Notes: generated by a model not told the origin, from the letters alone. A stretch of DNA of 64,000 nt from an uncultured Eubacteriales bacterium (GCA_900315485.1 OMZI01000025.1:1816-65815), one strand, 5' to 3'; numbered from the stretch's first letter, positions 46,358-56,441 are shown. Translations and numbers: made by a program.

Positions 46358-46386
46358 CAGGCGGGCAATCCAGCCCGCCTGTTTTA
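46358..46386 (+). terminator. Rho-independent terminator
   Basis: CAGGCGGGC-AATCCA-GCCCGCCTG followed by TTTTA. Confidence 0.7.
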
Positions 46387-46402
46387 TGAGAAGGAAAGAA
46401 AA

Positions 46403-47554
46403 ATGGTTAAATACGTAGACAGAAAAAATACTAACTGCAACAAGTGGGACTCTCTTGAGGGCACATTCGGCGCTGACGGGCTGCTCCCTCTGTGGGTGGC
46501 TGACATGGATTTCCGCATCGATGAGCATATCATTCAGGCGATGCATGATTACATTGAAATGGGGATCCCAGGATATTACAAGGTGCCGGACAGCTATTAC
46601 CAGGCATTCATCGACTGGGAACGTGAAGAACATGGATTTGAGGTAAGCAGGGAATGGATCAGGTTTTCTCCCGGCATAGTTTCCGGCTTTCACATGGCGC
46701 TGCAGGTCCTTACTGAGCCGGGTAACGGCGTGCTGATCTCCACACCTGTATACTATCCTTTCAGCAACGCGATTAATAATAATGACAGGAAACTTATCGC
46801 CTCTGAACTAATCAACAGAGAAGGGCGTTACTATATAGATTTTGACGATTTTGAGTCTAAGATCCGCGATAATGATGTCCGTGCGTTCATTCTCTGCTCG
46901 CCGCACAACCCTGTCTCCAGGGTGTGGTCGGAGGACGAACTGAGGAGGATGCTGGACATATGCAGGAAACACAATGTGGCAGTCATCGCCGATGAGATCC
47001 ATCATGACCTGGTATTCGGTGACAACAGGCATGTCCCTGCTCTGAGCGTATCAGAGAAAGGGGACCGGATAATCATGTTTGCTGCAGCATCGAAGACATT
47101 CAACATCGCAGGTCTGCAGAACTCATTCGTCGTGATCCCTGATGAAGAGCTCAGAGGAGAGTGGGACAGATTCATTGCCGGCCTCAGAATTACCCAGGGC
47201 AATGCTATGGGATATGTAGCAGCAGAGGCTGCGCTCAGGTACGGCAAGGGATGGCTTGAGGAAGTCAGGGAGATCATCAAAGGCAATTACGATTACATAT
47301 GTGAGGCGTTCAGGGAATCGGCACCGGGGGTCGTGATGACACCTCTTGAGGGCACTTATCTCGCCTGGGCCGACTTCGGAGCCTATCTCTCACCGGAAGA
47401 ACTCCAGCCGTTCATGCAGGACAAGTGTAAGCTTGCATTTGACTACGGCCCGTGGTTCGGCGGAGACAGGAGCGGATCTTTCATAAGAATCAATCTCGCA
47501 ACATCGAGAGAGAATATCGAGGAAATGGTCAGAAGGATAGCCGGATCACTGTGA
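46403..47554 (+). CDS. patB: PatB/MalY-family PLP-dependent C-S lyase (cystathionine beta-lyase type)
   Basis: Motifs DRKNTNCNKWD, LPLWVADMDF, SPHNPVSRVW and ASKTFNIAGL. Confidence 0.85.
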   Translation: MVKYVDRKNTNCNKWDSLEGTFGADGLLPLWVADMDFRIDEHIIQAMHDYIEMGIPGYYKVPDSYYQAFIDWEREEHGFEVSREWIRFSPGIVSGFHMALQVLTEPGNGVLISTPVYYPFSNAINNNDRKLIASELINREGRYYIDFDDFESKIRDNDVRAFILCSPHNPVSRVWSEDELRRMLDICRKHNVAVIADEIHHDLVFGDNRHVPALSVSEKGDRIIMFAAASKTFNIAGLQNSFVVIPDEELRGEWDRFIAGLRITQGNAMGYVAAEAALRYGKGWLEEVREIIKGNYDYICEAFRESAPGVVMTPLEGTYLAWADFGAYLSPEELQPFMQDKCKLAFDYGPWFGGDRSGSFIRINLATSRENIEEMVRRIAGSL

Positions 47555-47636
47555 AAGTCGCTATGAAGACAGACAATTATTCCGACAGGCGGTATCAATG
47601 ATTTGTTAACCGGCTTTAAGAATATGTGAAAGGAAG

Positions 47637-47672
47637 AGTGGTGAATTAATGCAGGTTCACCACTTTTTTTAT
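47637..47672 (+). terminator. Rho-independent terminator
   Basis: AGTGGTGAA-N10-TTCACCACT followed by TTTTTTT. Confidence 0.8.
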
Positions 47673-47836
47673 TTACAGTTGGTAAAAAATACAATTATAG
47701 CTTTTGCCTATTTCAGACCTTGCAAGACCTTTGCAAAATAAATAACAAACTGCCGCCGTCTGCGTTATAATACCATGGTACGCGTGTAAAACGTCTGGTT
47801 TTACAGGTACTTATTTTTTGAAAAGGAGTTTTTATC

Positions 47837-49195
47837 ATGGAAGAACAGAGAAGAAGCAGCGGTCTGGCTTTGGTGCCATTCGCAGTGTTCATCGTGATCT
47901 ACCTCGGAGCAGGAATCATTCTACAGTCCAAGGGCGTAGAGATGGCATTCTATCAGTTCCCTGCAGTAGTAGCAATGTTTATCGCAGTACTTGTAGCTTT
48001 CGCTATGAACTACAAGGCAGGAATCAATGAGAATTTCTCAATTTTTGCAAGAGGAGCAGCCAACGAAGACGTTATGGCTATGCTCATGATCTACCTGCTC
48101 GCAGGTGCTTTCTCAGCAGTAGCAGGAGCTATGGGTGGAGTTGACGCAACAGTTAATCTTGGCGTTTCAATCATCCCGGCTTCACTCCTCACAGCAGGCC
48201 TTTTCGTAATCGCAGCATTCCTCGCAACAGCAACAGGTACATCAATGGGTACCATCGGAGCTCTCGTTCCTATCGCTCTGGGTGTTGTTGACAAGGCTGG
48301 ACTCAGCCTTCCGCTCGTAATGGCAGCAGTAGTTTCCGGCGCTATGTTCGGAGACAACCTGTCCATGATCTCAGATACAACTATCGCAGCAACAAGAACT
48401 CAGAAGGTTGAGCTCAAGGATAAGTTCAGAACAAACTTCTGGATCTCACTTCCTGCAGCAGTAGTTACAATCGTACTGCTCATCATCTTCGGAAGACCTG
48501 AAACAGCTCAGGCTCTCGAGGTTGGCGGATATGATATCATCAAGGTTATCCCATACATCCTCGTACTCGTTCTTGCTCTTATCGGCATGAACGTATTCCT
48601 GGTACTGACAATCGGCATCTTCGCTGCAGGAATCATCGGAATGTGCTATGGTGACATCACATTCATGGATTTCGCAGGACAGATCTGGGCTGGTTTCCAG
48701 GGAATGATCGAAGTATTCCTCCTGTCCATGCTCTGCGGTGGTATCGCTGAGATGGCTAAGCACTACGGCGGACTCAACTGGCTCATCGACAAGCTGTCCA
48801 AGACATTCAAGGGCAAGAAGTCAGCACAGGTCGGACTCTCCGTACTTGCAGCTCTGACAGATATGGCTACAGCCAACAACACTGTTGCTATCATCGTTGA
48901 CGGACCTATGGCAAGAGAGATCAGTGAGAAGTATGACATCGACCCTAGAAAGACAGCTTCCATCCTCGACATGTTCACATGCATCATGCAGGGACTCATC
49001 CCTTACGGAGCTCAGTTCCTGGTGGTTGCAAGCATGTGTGAGGGAAGAGTAAGCCCTCTGGATATCATCCCGAAGAACTGGTACCTCTTCCTGCTCGCAG
49101 GATTCGCTATCCTTTCATACTTCGTTCCTTGGTATGAGAAAATCACTCTCAAGGGCAAGTGGGACTGGAAGCAGAACAAGGTAGTAAACGACTAA
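47837..49195 (+). CDS. NhaC-family Na+/H+ antiporter-type carrier
   Basis: 452-aa polytopic protein with NhaC-like sequence features. The family call is by eye only. Confidence 0.7.
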   Translation: MEEQRRSSGLALVPFAVFIVIYLGAGIILQSKGVEMAFYQFPAVVAMFIAVLVAFAMNYKAGINENFSIFARGAANEDVMAMLMIYLLAGAFSAVAGAMGGVDATVNLGVSIIPASLLTAGLFVIAAFLATATGTSMGTIGALVPIALGVVDKAGLSLPLVMAAVVSGAMFGDNLSMISDTTIAATRTQKVELKDKFRTNFWISLPAAVVTIVLLIIFGRPETAQALEVGGYDIIKVIPYILVLVLALIGMNVFLVLTIGIFAAGIIGMCYGDITFMDFAGQIWAGFQGMIEVFLLSMLCGGIAEMAKHYGGLNWLIDKLSKTFKGKKSAQVGLSVLAALTDMATANNTVAIIVDGPMAREISEKYDIDPRKTASILDMFTCIMQGLIPYGAQFLVVASMCEGRVSPLDIIPKNWYLFLLAGFAILSYFVPWYEKITLKGKWDWKQNKVVND

Positions 49196-49221
49196 TATAC
49201 CTCCTCATTAATAATAATTAT

Positions 49222-49254
49222 AGTGGTGCCGGGCGTGTAGCGTCCGGCATCACT
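49222..49254 (+). other. Strong hairpin without a T-tract
   Basis: AGTGGTGCCGGGCG-TGTAG-CGTCCGGCATCACT (14 bp including 2 G-U pairs). TATAAT lies at 49261..49266 just downstream. Confidence 0.3.
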
Positions 49255-49337
49255 CAGTTGTATAATCGATTGGTTGATTATGCAGGGATACAGGTTCTCT
49301 GCAGCAGAATAAAACTATCAAGAGGTAAAAGGTAAAT

Positions 49338-50444
49338 ATGAATATTATTGAACAGTATGGTCACGGACTTGAGATACCTAAGGATGAGCTGACCGCGATC
49401 GAAAGAGACAGACTTCTGAGCGAGGGCAAGGAAGTAGACCGCATCATGTGCTGCATCGATACAGGAGAGACGCTCGCTCCGATGATCGGACTCAAGGTAA
49501 AGGACTACTATTTTTCATCAGAGAAGATGCTCGAACTCGAGCAGTACATATATGACACTTTCCATTCAGACGGAGCAGGACTTTCGACAACTCTCCGCGG
49601 AATGGCAGAGGCTATGGGATCCAAGATCAAGTACTACGATCACAACATCGCACAGCTTGAGACACCGGCTCTTGCAAGTCTCGATGACGTCGATCAGGCA
49701 AAGCTCGTAGATGTTGACAAGGACGGAAGACTTCCGATCATCCTCAAGGGTCTCAAGATGGTCAAGGAGAACCTCGGCGACAAGGTCCCTGTAAGCGGAA
49801 CCGTTACCGGTCCTTTCACCATCGCTGCAATGGTAGTAGGAACAGAGAACCTTCTGATCGGAATGATCAAGAAGCCTGACAAGGTCAAGCAGCTGATGGA
49901 GGTCATCACAGAGAACAACGAGAGATACATCGCAAGGATGCTCGAGATGGGAGTAGGCGTAGGATTCGCTGATCCTGTCAGCACCACTTCACTTCTGAGA
50001 GTCAAGCAGTACCGCGAGTTCTCACTGCCGTACTTCCAGCACAATGTTGACTTCATCAAGAAGAACGGCGGCGGATGCGGACTTCACATCTGCGGCGGTT
50101 CCCGCAAGCTGTGGGAAGACCTCAACAATACAGGCATCGGATGCTTCGGACTCGACAACATTGAGGATCTCGAAGAAGCCAAGGAAGTCCTCGGACCTCA
50201 CATGGCTATCCAGGGCAATGTTCCTCCTGTAGATGTGATCAGGCTCGGCACACCTCAGGACGTACTGAGAGCAAGCAAGGAGTGCATCCGCAAGGCATGG
50301 GATTCGCCTAACGGATTCACACTGACATCAGGCTGCCAGACACCGATGGATACACCGGCTGAGAACCTTCAGGCCATGATGGATGCAGCAAGAATCTTCG
50401 GAAGATATCCGATCGACACAGACCTTCTGAACACGGAAATGTAG
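49338..50444 (+). CDS. URO-D-family (MtaA-like) corrinoid methyltransferase, Zn-type
   Basis: Zinc motif LHICGG ... TSGCQTP. 368 aa. Confidence 0.85.
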   Translation: MNIIEQYGHGLEIPKDELTAIERDRLLSEGKEVDRIMCCIDTGETLAPMIGLKVKDYYFSSEKMLELEQYIYDTFHSDGAGLSTTLRGMAEAMGSKIKYYDHNIAQLETPALASLDDVDQAKLVDVDKDGRLPIILKGLKMVKENLGDKVPVSGTVTGPFTIAAMVVGTENLLIGMIKKPDKVKQLMEVITENNERYIARMLEMGVGVGFADPVSTTSLLRVKQYREFSLPYFQHNVDFIKKNGGGCGLHICGGSRKLWEDLNNTGIGCFGLDNIEDLEEAKEVLGPHMAIQGNVPPVDVIRLGTPQDVLRASKECIRKAWDSPNGFTLTSGCQTPMDTPAENLQAMMDAARIFGRYPIDTDLLNTEM

Positions 50445-50470
50445 CATCTGCACTTCAATATGATAATATA

Positions 50471-50520
50471 AAAAGATCTCTGCAAGACATATTGCGTCGC
50501 AGAGATCTTTTATTCTTTTT
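50471..50520 (+). terminator. Rho-independent terminator
   Basis: AAAAGATCTCTGC-N15-GCAGAGATCTTTT followed by a T-rich tail. Confidence 0.8.
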
Positions 50521-50577
50521 CAGAGCTGAAGGAATATGCTTTTCCATGTACTTTTCTGACCGTTTGTAAAACATCAA

Positions 50578-50606
50578 TTGGATTGATATGTGCAAAGTGA
50601 TAAAAT
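50578..50606 (+). promoter_or_regulatory. Candidate promoter for the flavoprotein gene
   Basis: TTGGAT, 17-nt spacer, TGaTAAAAT extended -10. Confidence 0.35.
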
Positions 50607-50690
50607 AAAAACAATAATGCGGGGGAGGGGGATATAGCGCCCTTCACCCGTTATATAAAAGGATGAATTGTATAAGAGAGGGAGAATATT

Positions 50691-53552
50691 ATGGTACCTG
50701 AAAGATTTCAGCATTATTTCTTCAATGACAACGATTATCTGCCGGAAACATATGAAGTGGCAGACAAGGAACGCGAAGAGATGGTCAGAAAGCTTGCTGC
50801 TATGATCACCGACGATCTTGGCATGAACGGCAAGCCGGATAAGATCTCAAACGACGAGCCGGATTTCTGGCTGCTCGACAGACTTCTGACTACAGATGAG
50901 ATCAGATTTATGCTCAGCTTCAAGAAGAAGAGAACTGTCAAGCTTACAGTTGCTGAGCTGGCAAAGAGAAACAACATGTCCGTGACAGAGGCTCTCAACA
51001 TGGCTGAGGGCATCTGCGCAAAGGGTCTTCTTGAGTTTGACCGCGAGAATGAAAAGCATGAAAAGCAGTACTTTGTACCGAAGTGGGTAGTAGGCTCCGG
51101 CGAGTACATGCTGATGACAGGCAAGCTCATGGAAGAACATCCTGAGATCGCTACATTCTTCCACTATGCTTCAATGGTCCCTGTAGGCAAGGTAGCCCAC
51201 ATGGTACCTGAAGGCGGCGGCGGACTCGGAATGCATGTAGTCCCTGTTGAAAAGGCAATCGAGGCCAACAATGAGGCTGTTTCCATCGAAAAGCTCTCAT
51301 ACTGGCTGAAGAAATATGAAGGCAAGCTGGCTCTCATGGTATGCTCCTGCAGAAGACAGCAGAGGATCAGAGGCGAAGGCGGCGGCGAGATCGAAGATTA
51401 CTGGTGCATCGCTGTCGGCGACATGGCTGAGTACATCGTTGAAACAGGCAAGGACGCATACTACGCTTCATATGATGAGGTTATGGAAGTGCTGATGAAG
51501 GCTGAGAAGGCCGGATACGTACACCAGATCACCAACCTCGACGGTGAGGGCAAGATCGTCGGTATCTGCAACTGCTCGGCTACAGTCTGCAACGCTATCA
51601 AGACATCACAGCTCTTCAATACACCTAACATGTCCGCTTCCTCATACAGAGCACACGTTGACCACAACAAGTGCGTAGCATGCGGCAAGTGCGTAGAGGT
51701 CTGCCCGGTAGGCGCGGCAAAGCTCGGACAGAAGCTGTGCAGAAAGAACGGCCAGGCTGTTGAATATCCGCTGACAGAGCTTCCTAACGAAGTCAAGTGG
51801 GGACCTGAAAAGTGGAACAAGAACTATAGAGAAGATGCCAAGATCAACTGCTATGAGACAGGTACATCGCCATGTAAGGCTGCATGTCCTGCAAACCTGT
51901 CAGTACAGGGCTACATCAACATGGCAGATCAGGGCAGATACAGAGAAGCTCTCGAGCTCATAAAGCAGGACAACCCGCTGCCTGCAGTATGCGGTGCTGT
52001 CTGCAACAGAAGATGCGAGGACAGATGTACAAGAAGAACCATCGATCAGCCGGTAGCTATCGATGAGATCAAGAAGTTCATCGCTGCACAGGAGCTCAAG
52101 GCAGAAGGCAGATTCATCCCTGAATGCGGCAAGGAATACGGCGGATTCTGGGGCGATGAGTACAAGATGGCTATCATCGGAGCCGGTCCTGGCGGACTTT
52201 CCGCAGCATATTATCTCCGTAAGAGAGGCTATCCTGTAACTGTATTTGAGAAGCAGAAGGCACTCGGCGGAATGCTGAGATACGGAATCCCTTCATTCAG
52301 ACTCGAGAAGGACGTCGTAGACGCTGAGATCGAAGTCATGAAGGAGATGGGCGTTGAGTTCGTAACAGGATGCGAAGTCGGTAAGGACGTCACCATCCAG
52401 CAGCTGAGAGATCAGGGCTATGCAGCATTCTACATCGCAGCAGGTCTCCAGAGCGGCGGCAGGCTCGACGTACCTGGAGCAGACGCCAAGGGCGTAATGA
52501 GCGGTATCGACTTTATGAGGATCATCAATGAAGACGAAGTTGCTCTCATGAATGACAAGCTGCCTAAGGCAGGCAAGCTCAGCGGCAACGTAGTAGTTAT
52601 CGGCGGAGGAAACATCGGTGCTGACGTAGCAAGATCAGCAGTAAGAGCCGGAGCTGAAAGCGTATTCATGTATGCTCTTGAGGGATATGACGAACTCCCT
52701 ATGGGCATTGAAGACCGTACAGAGTGCGAAGAAGAAGGCATCAGCGTAAACGGCGGCTGGGGTCCTGTAGAGATCAAGACAAAGAGCGGCAAGGTCACAG
52801 GAATCAAGTTCCATAAGTGCGTAAGCGTCAAGAATGCTGAGGGCAGATTCGACCCTAAGTTCGACGACAGCGAGACAACTGAACTCGAGTGCTCAACAGT
52901 ACTCTACTGCACAGGCCAGAAGCCTGACCTCGGAAAGATGCTCGAAGGCACCAAGGTCGAGATCAGCCCGAGAGGAATGATCGTTGCTGACCCTGTAACA
53001 CTGCAGACAGCAGAAGAAGACATCTTCGCAGGCGGCGACATCGTAACAGGACAGAAGTTCGCTATCGACGCGATCGCATGCGGCAGACCTATCGCAGACT
53101 CGCTCCACAGATACGTACACAAGGATCAGGGAGCTAACAGACTGACAGTAGGCCGTGACCTCAGAGAGATCATCGAGCTCGACAGAGACGATATCCTGGT
53201 AGAGAGCTATGACAACATGCCAAGACAGAAGCCGGGTCACAGAGACGGCGATCCGACCAAGACATGGCATGACCTGAGAGAGCCTCTCACAGAAACACAG
53301 ATCAGAGCCGAGGCCAACAGATGCCTGAAGTGCGGAGCGACAACAGTCGACGTCAACAGATGTATCGGCTGCGGACTCTGCACCACAAGGTGCGAATTCG
53401 ATGCTATCAAGCTCGAAAGAGACCATCCGAAGGCATCCAGAATGTTCTCCGCAGAGGACGGCAAGCTCAAGGCTATCCTGCCGTACGCACTGCCAAGAGA
53501 GATCAAGATCAGACTCAAGGGCAGCAAGGTAGCAAAGAAGTTCGCGAAGTAA
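50691..53552 (+). CDS. Multidomain Fe-S flavoprotein: unknown N-terminal domain (about 330 aa), 2x[4Fe-4S] ferredoxin domain, GltD-like FAD/NAD(P) oxidoreductase, and C-terminal 2x[4Fe-4S] domain
   Basis: Motifs CVACGKCVEVCP, IIGAGPGGLSAAYYL...LGGMLRYGIP, VVVIGGGNIGADVA and CIGCGLCTTRCE. Confidence 0.8.
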   Translation: MVPERFQHYFFNDNDYLPETYEVADKEREEMVRKLAAMITDDLGMNGKPDKISNDEPDFWLLDRLLTTDEIRFMLSFKKKRTVKLTVAELAKRNNMSVTEALNMAEGICAKGLLEFDRENEKHEKQYFVPKWVVGSGEYMLMTGKLMEEHPEIATFFHYASMVPVGKVAHMVPEGGGGLGMHVVPVEKAIEANNEAVSIEKLSYWLKKYEGKLALMVCSCRRQQRIRGEGGGEIEDYWCIAVGDMAEYIVETGKDAYYASYDEVMEVLMKAEKAGYVHQITNLDGEGKIVGICNCSATVCNAIKTSQLFNTPNMSASSYRAHVDHNKCVACGKCVEVCPVGAAKLGQKLCRKNGQAVEYPLTELPNEVKWGPEKWNKNYREDAKINCYETGTSPCKAACPANLSVQGYINMADQGRYREALELIKQDNPLPAVCGAVCNRRCEDRCTRRTIDQPVAIDEIKKFIAAQELKAEGRFIPECGKEYGGFWGDEYKMAIIGAGPGGLSAAYYLRKRGYPVTVFEKQKALGGMLRYGIPSFRLEKDVVDAEIEVMKEMGVEFVTGCEVGKDVTIQQLRDQGYAAFYIAAGLQSGGRLDVPGADAKGVMSGIDFMRIINEDEVALMNDKLPKAGKLSGNVVVIGGGNIGADVARSAVRAGAESVFMYALEGYDELPMGIEDRTECEEEGISVNGGWGPVEIKTKSGKVTGIKFHKCVSVKNAEGRFDPKFDDSETTELECSTVLYCTGQKPDLGKMLEGTKVEISPRGMIVADPVTLQTAEEDIFAGGDIVTGQKFAIDAIACGRPIADSLHRYVHKDQGANRLTVGRDLREIIELDRDDILVESYDNMPRQKPGHRDGDPTKTWHDLREPLTETQIRAEANRCLKCGATTVDVNRCIGCGLCTTRCEFDAIKLERDHPKASRMFSAEDGKLKAILPYALPREIKIRLKGSKVAKKFAK

Positions 53553-53611
53553 TAACATGGGAGACGGTTCTGATCGTCACATTCCATAACTGACTCTTAA
53601 TACAGCACTAC

Positions 53612-53642
53612 AAAAAAGCGGCTTGAAAGCCGCTTTTATTTT
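53612..53642. terminator. Bidirectional rho-independent terminator between convergent genes
   Basis: AAAAAAGCGGC-TTGAAA-GCCGCTTTTATTTT. Confidence 0.75.
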
Positions 53643-53653
53643 GAGCTGAAATA

Positions 53654-55144
53654 TTACAGATAGCGGTCAAGGACCTCCCAGAATTCATCTGCGGTTTCAC
53701 GGATCTGGGTTTTGATATCCGATCCGATCGAACTGAGCTCATTATGCATATCCTTACGAATAGCATTTATTCCCTGCCGGGTCTCGTACCCGGCTGTTAT
53801 TATGTCTGTAAGAGCCTTGTTCCTGATGCTTCTGGCCTTGCGGTCCATATCTCCGCGCAGCTCTTCTGCATCCTTTATGATGCTGTGTCTTGCAGCATCG
53901 ATGTTACCGAGGGTTTCCATGAGCTCACCCTGAGCTCTGAAGAAGTCGTAATCATAAGGGAGGCGGGTCTTATAGTATCCGCTCCTGTACCTGTCTATGA
54001 CCACCTCATATCTGCCGTAAGCGTTCGCAACGGCATCTTCCCATGAAATGTATATCTCTCTTCCGGCAGTCTCTCCGACCTCTTTTGTTTTGCCCGGAAG
54101 ATGCGAGAGCTCTGTAAGCTTTGCAGCAAGGGCATGAGCATTTTTATCTATGAGAAAACCGTTCCTGCCGTCGGTGATGCCCTCAGATGCACAGCTGCCG
54201 GCTATGATGACCGAAGCAGTATCGCTGGCTGCGGCTTCCCGTACTACAAGTCCGTTGGTATCAAAGGTGGAAGGGAAGAGGAACAGATCTGCACGCGAAT
54301 ACCATGCCCTCAGAAGGTCACGTTCCGAGATGGCTCCTGTAAAGAAGACTTTACATCCGAGACCGAGCTTCTGCGTGTATTCTTTCACCTCTGCTTCATC
54401 TCCGCCCGCACCTACAAAAACCATGCGGAAGTCGATGCCCTGCGAGTCAAGCTGCGCGAGAGCGTCAAGAATGATGCGGAGCCCTTTGTACCACATCAGC
54501 CTTCCTATGAAGAGGTAGCACGGAACATTCTCCGGAAGATCATATCCTGCTGTCACTTCAGAGATGAGTTCTTCAGACACACGTTCATGCGGCAGATCGA
54601 CGCCGTTAGGCATGACGATGTATTCGCCTTCATAGCCGATGGATCTGAGGTTCTCTCCGGCTCCGTGACTTACGGTCCATACCTCATTGCATGCGTTCAC
54701 ATTATGCAGCAGAGCCTGAAGAGCGCCTTCCTGAAGCGCTTTGCTCTTGATCGCATTTGCGATGTCGATGTCATACTTGGTATGCCATGTCAGTACGAGT
54801 GGAAGGTCCATGGATTCATGCAGCTGTCTGGCGAGCAGTGCGGACATTATCGGACAGTGGATGTGCAGAAGCTCAGCATTCTCTTCCTTAAGCCTGTATG
54901 CCGCCTCAGGTGAGAACGGATATCCCGTGACATATCCCATGAGCTTACGGGTATCGATGCTCGGATATCTTACGACAGGGAAATCGTATACGCTGTCATC
55001 AGAGCCCGGTACCTCAGGCGTGACGACTATGGCATGTCCGTGATTCTTCTCGATGTATCTGCCGTAGTTGACTACGGCGTTGGCTACACCGTCTATGACA
55101 GGCGGAAAGGAATCATTCAGGAGTGCTATCGTGTGTCTGCCCAT
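53654..55144 (-). CDS. GT4-family glycosyltransferase (possible glycolipid synthase type) with a helical C-terminal extension of about 130 aa
   Basis: ATG at 55144 behind GAGG. N-terminus IALLNDSFPPVIDGVANAV. GT-B C-terminal domain (FVGAGGDE, PSTFDTNGLVVREAAA). Confidence 0.85.
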   Translation of the reverse strand: MGRHTIALLNDSFPPVIDGVANAVVNYGRYIEKNHGHAIVVTPEVPGSDDSVYDFPVVRYPSIDTRKLMGYVTGYPFSPEAAYRLKEENAELLHIHCPIMSALLARQLHESMDLPLVLTWHTKYDIDIANAIKSKALQEGALQALLHNVNACNEVWTVSHGAGENLRSIGYEGEYIVMPNGVDLPHERVSEELISEVTAGYDLPENVPCYLFIGRLMWYKGLRIILDALAQLDSQGIDFRMVFVGAGGDEAEVKEYTQKLGLGCKVFFTGAISERDLLRAWYSRADLFLFPSTFDTNGLVVREAAASDTASVIIAGSCASEGITDGRNGFLIDKNAHALAAKLTELSHLPGKTKEVGETAGREIYISWEDAVANAYGRYEVVIDRYRSGYYKTRLPYDYDFFRAQGELMETLGNIDAARHSIIKDAEELRGDMDRKARSIRNKALTDIITAGYETRQGINAIRKDMHNELSSIGSDIKTQIRETADEFWEVLDRYL

Positions 55145-55297
55145 GATCTGACCTCGCAATATGATAGTTTACTGACATTCACAAAAAAGTTGAACGATCA
55201 GACTATATTAATTATACTCAATAGATGTGATATAGAAATATTATTATTAAGTACACGATAAAATCTCAGCATCACATTGCAGAGAGCGGGAGATAAA

Positions 55298-56407
55298 ATG
55301 AACACAGATCGCGAAAAGATCATAGTAAGGACGAGCTGTGTAGGCATAGCGGTAAACATCCTGCTGGCGGCTTTCAAAGCCATCGTAGGACTCGCTTCGC
55401 ACTCCATTGCAGTAGTCCTGGACGCAGTCAACAATCTGTCCGATGCGCTTTCATCGGTTATTACAATACTTGGAGCCAAGCTGGCAGGCAAAAAGCCTGA
55501 CCGCAAGCATCCACTCGGACACGGCAGGATAGAATACATCAGTGCCATGCTGGTTTCAGCCATCGTACTGTATGCGGGAATCACATCACTCGTAGAGTCG
55601 GTCAAAAAGATTCTCCATCCGGATGAGGTGTCCTACTCGACGATATCTCTTGTAATAATAGCTGTAGCAGTCGTTGCGAAGATCTTCCTCGGAAGATATG
55701 TCAAGACAAAAGGAGAGTCCGTAGGCTCGGGTGCACTTATAGCTTCCGGAACGGATGCGATGTCCGATGCGATACTTTCTTTTGCCGTACTTGTAACAGC
55801 CCTAATCTTCACTTTCACAGGAGTATCACTTGAGGCTTATGTCGGCGTTATCATCTCCATATTCATCATCAAGGCCGGTATTGAAATGATCAGCGATACA
55901 GTAAGCGACATTCTCGGAAAGCGCGCAGATGAAGAGGTGAGCAAAACCATCAAGCATCTGCTGACAGAAGAGCCTGAGGTCTTCGGAGCATATGACCTCT
56001 TCCTCCACAACTACGGCCCGGACAAGTTCTACGGATCTGTGCATATCGAGCTCCCTGACAATATGACAGTAAGAGAAGTCGATGTTCTCACCAGAAGGGT
56101 GCAGGCAAAGATATATAAGGAGACCGGCGTTATCATGACGGGCGTAGGAGTTTATTCTCACAATACTACGGATAATGAGGCGTCAAAGATCAGGAATAAA
56201 GTGCAGAAGATAGTCCTTGATCATGACTGGGCGCTTCAGATGCATGGCTTCTATCTTGATCAGGAGGAGAAGGACATGAGATTCGATGTGGTCATGAGTT
56301 TTGACATCGACCACCATGAAGGCCTTGAGACACTGTACAAGGAAGTCAGCGAAGCCTTCCCGGGATACAAGATCACTATCGCTCCGGACATCGATATCAC
56401 TGACTGA
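55298..56407 (+). CDS. Cation diffusion facilitator (CDF) family metal efflux transporter
   Basis: ATG at 55298 behind GGGAGA. Motifs SHSIAVVLDAVNNLSDA and HPLGHGRIEY. Confidence 0.85.
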   Translation: MNTDREKIIVRTSCVGIAVNILLAAFKAIVGLASHSIAVVLDAVNNLSDALSSVITILGAKLAGKKPDRKHPLGHGRIEYISAMLVSAIVLYAGITSLVESVKKILHPDEVSYSTISLVIIAVAVVAKIFLGRYVKTKGESVGSGALIASGTDAMSDAILSFAVLVTALIFTFTGVSLEAYVGVIISIFIIKAGIEMISDTVSDILGKRADEEVSKTIKHLLTEEPEVFGAYDLFLHNYGPDKFYGSVHIELPDNMTVREVDVLTRRVQAKIYKETGVIMTGVGVYSHNTTDNEASKIRNKVQKIVLDHDWALQMHGFYLDQEEKDMRFDVVMSFDIDHHEGLETLYKEVSEAFPGYKITIAPDIDITD

Positions 56408-56441
56408 TGATCTGAGCCGGAAAATCAGCTAACATTTTCTC

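Noticed and set aside
47673-47836. Possible riboswitch or leader elements upstream of the NhaC-family gene and upstream of the flavoprotein gene. The first has the palindrome TACCATGGTA and an 8-bp AT-rich hairpin at 47785..47805 followed by a T-tract. The second has a G-rich GCGGGGGAGGGGG segment at 50619..50631.
   Set aside because: I cannot match either to any known riboswitch core. The hairpins are short and AT-rich. A covariance-model scan would be needed, so neither is reported as a feature.
35067-50444. Recoding (pyrrolysine/UAG or selenocysteine/UGA) in the methyltransferase genes.
   Set aside because: All URO-D, corrinoid-protein and RACo frames are uninterrupted. No MttB/MtmB/MtbB-type gene is present. 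The only broken frame (DUF1638) is a frameshift, not an in-frame stop.
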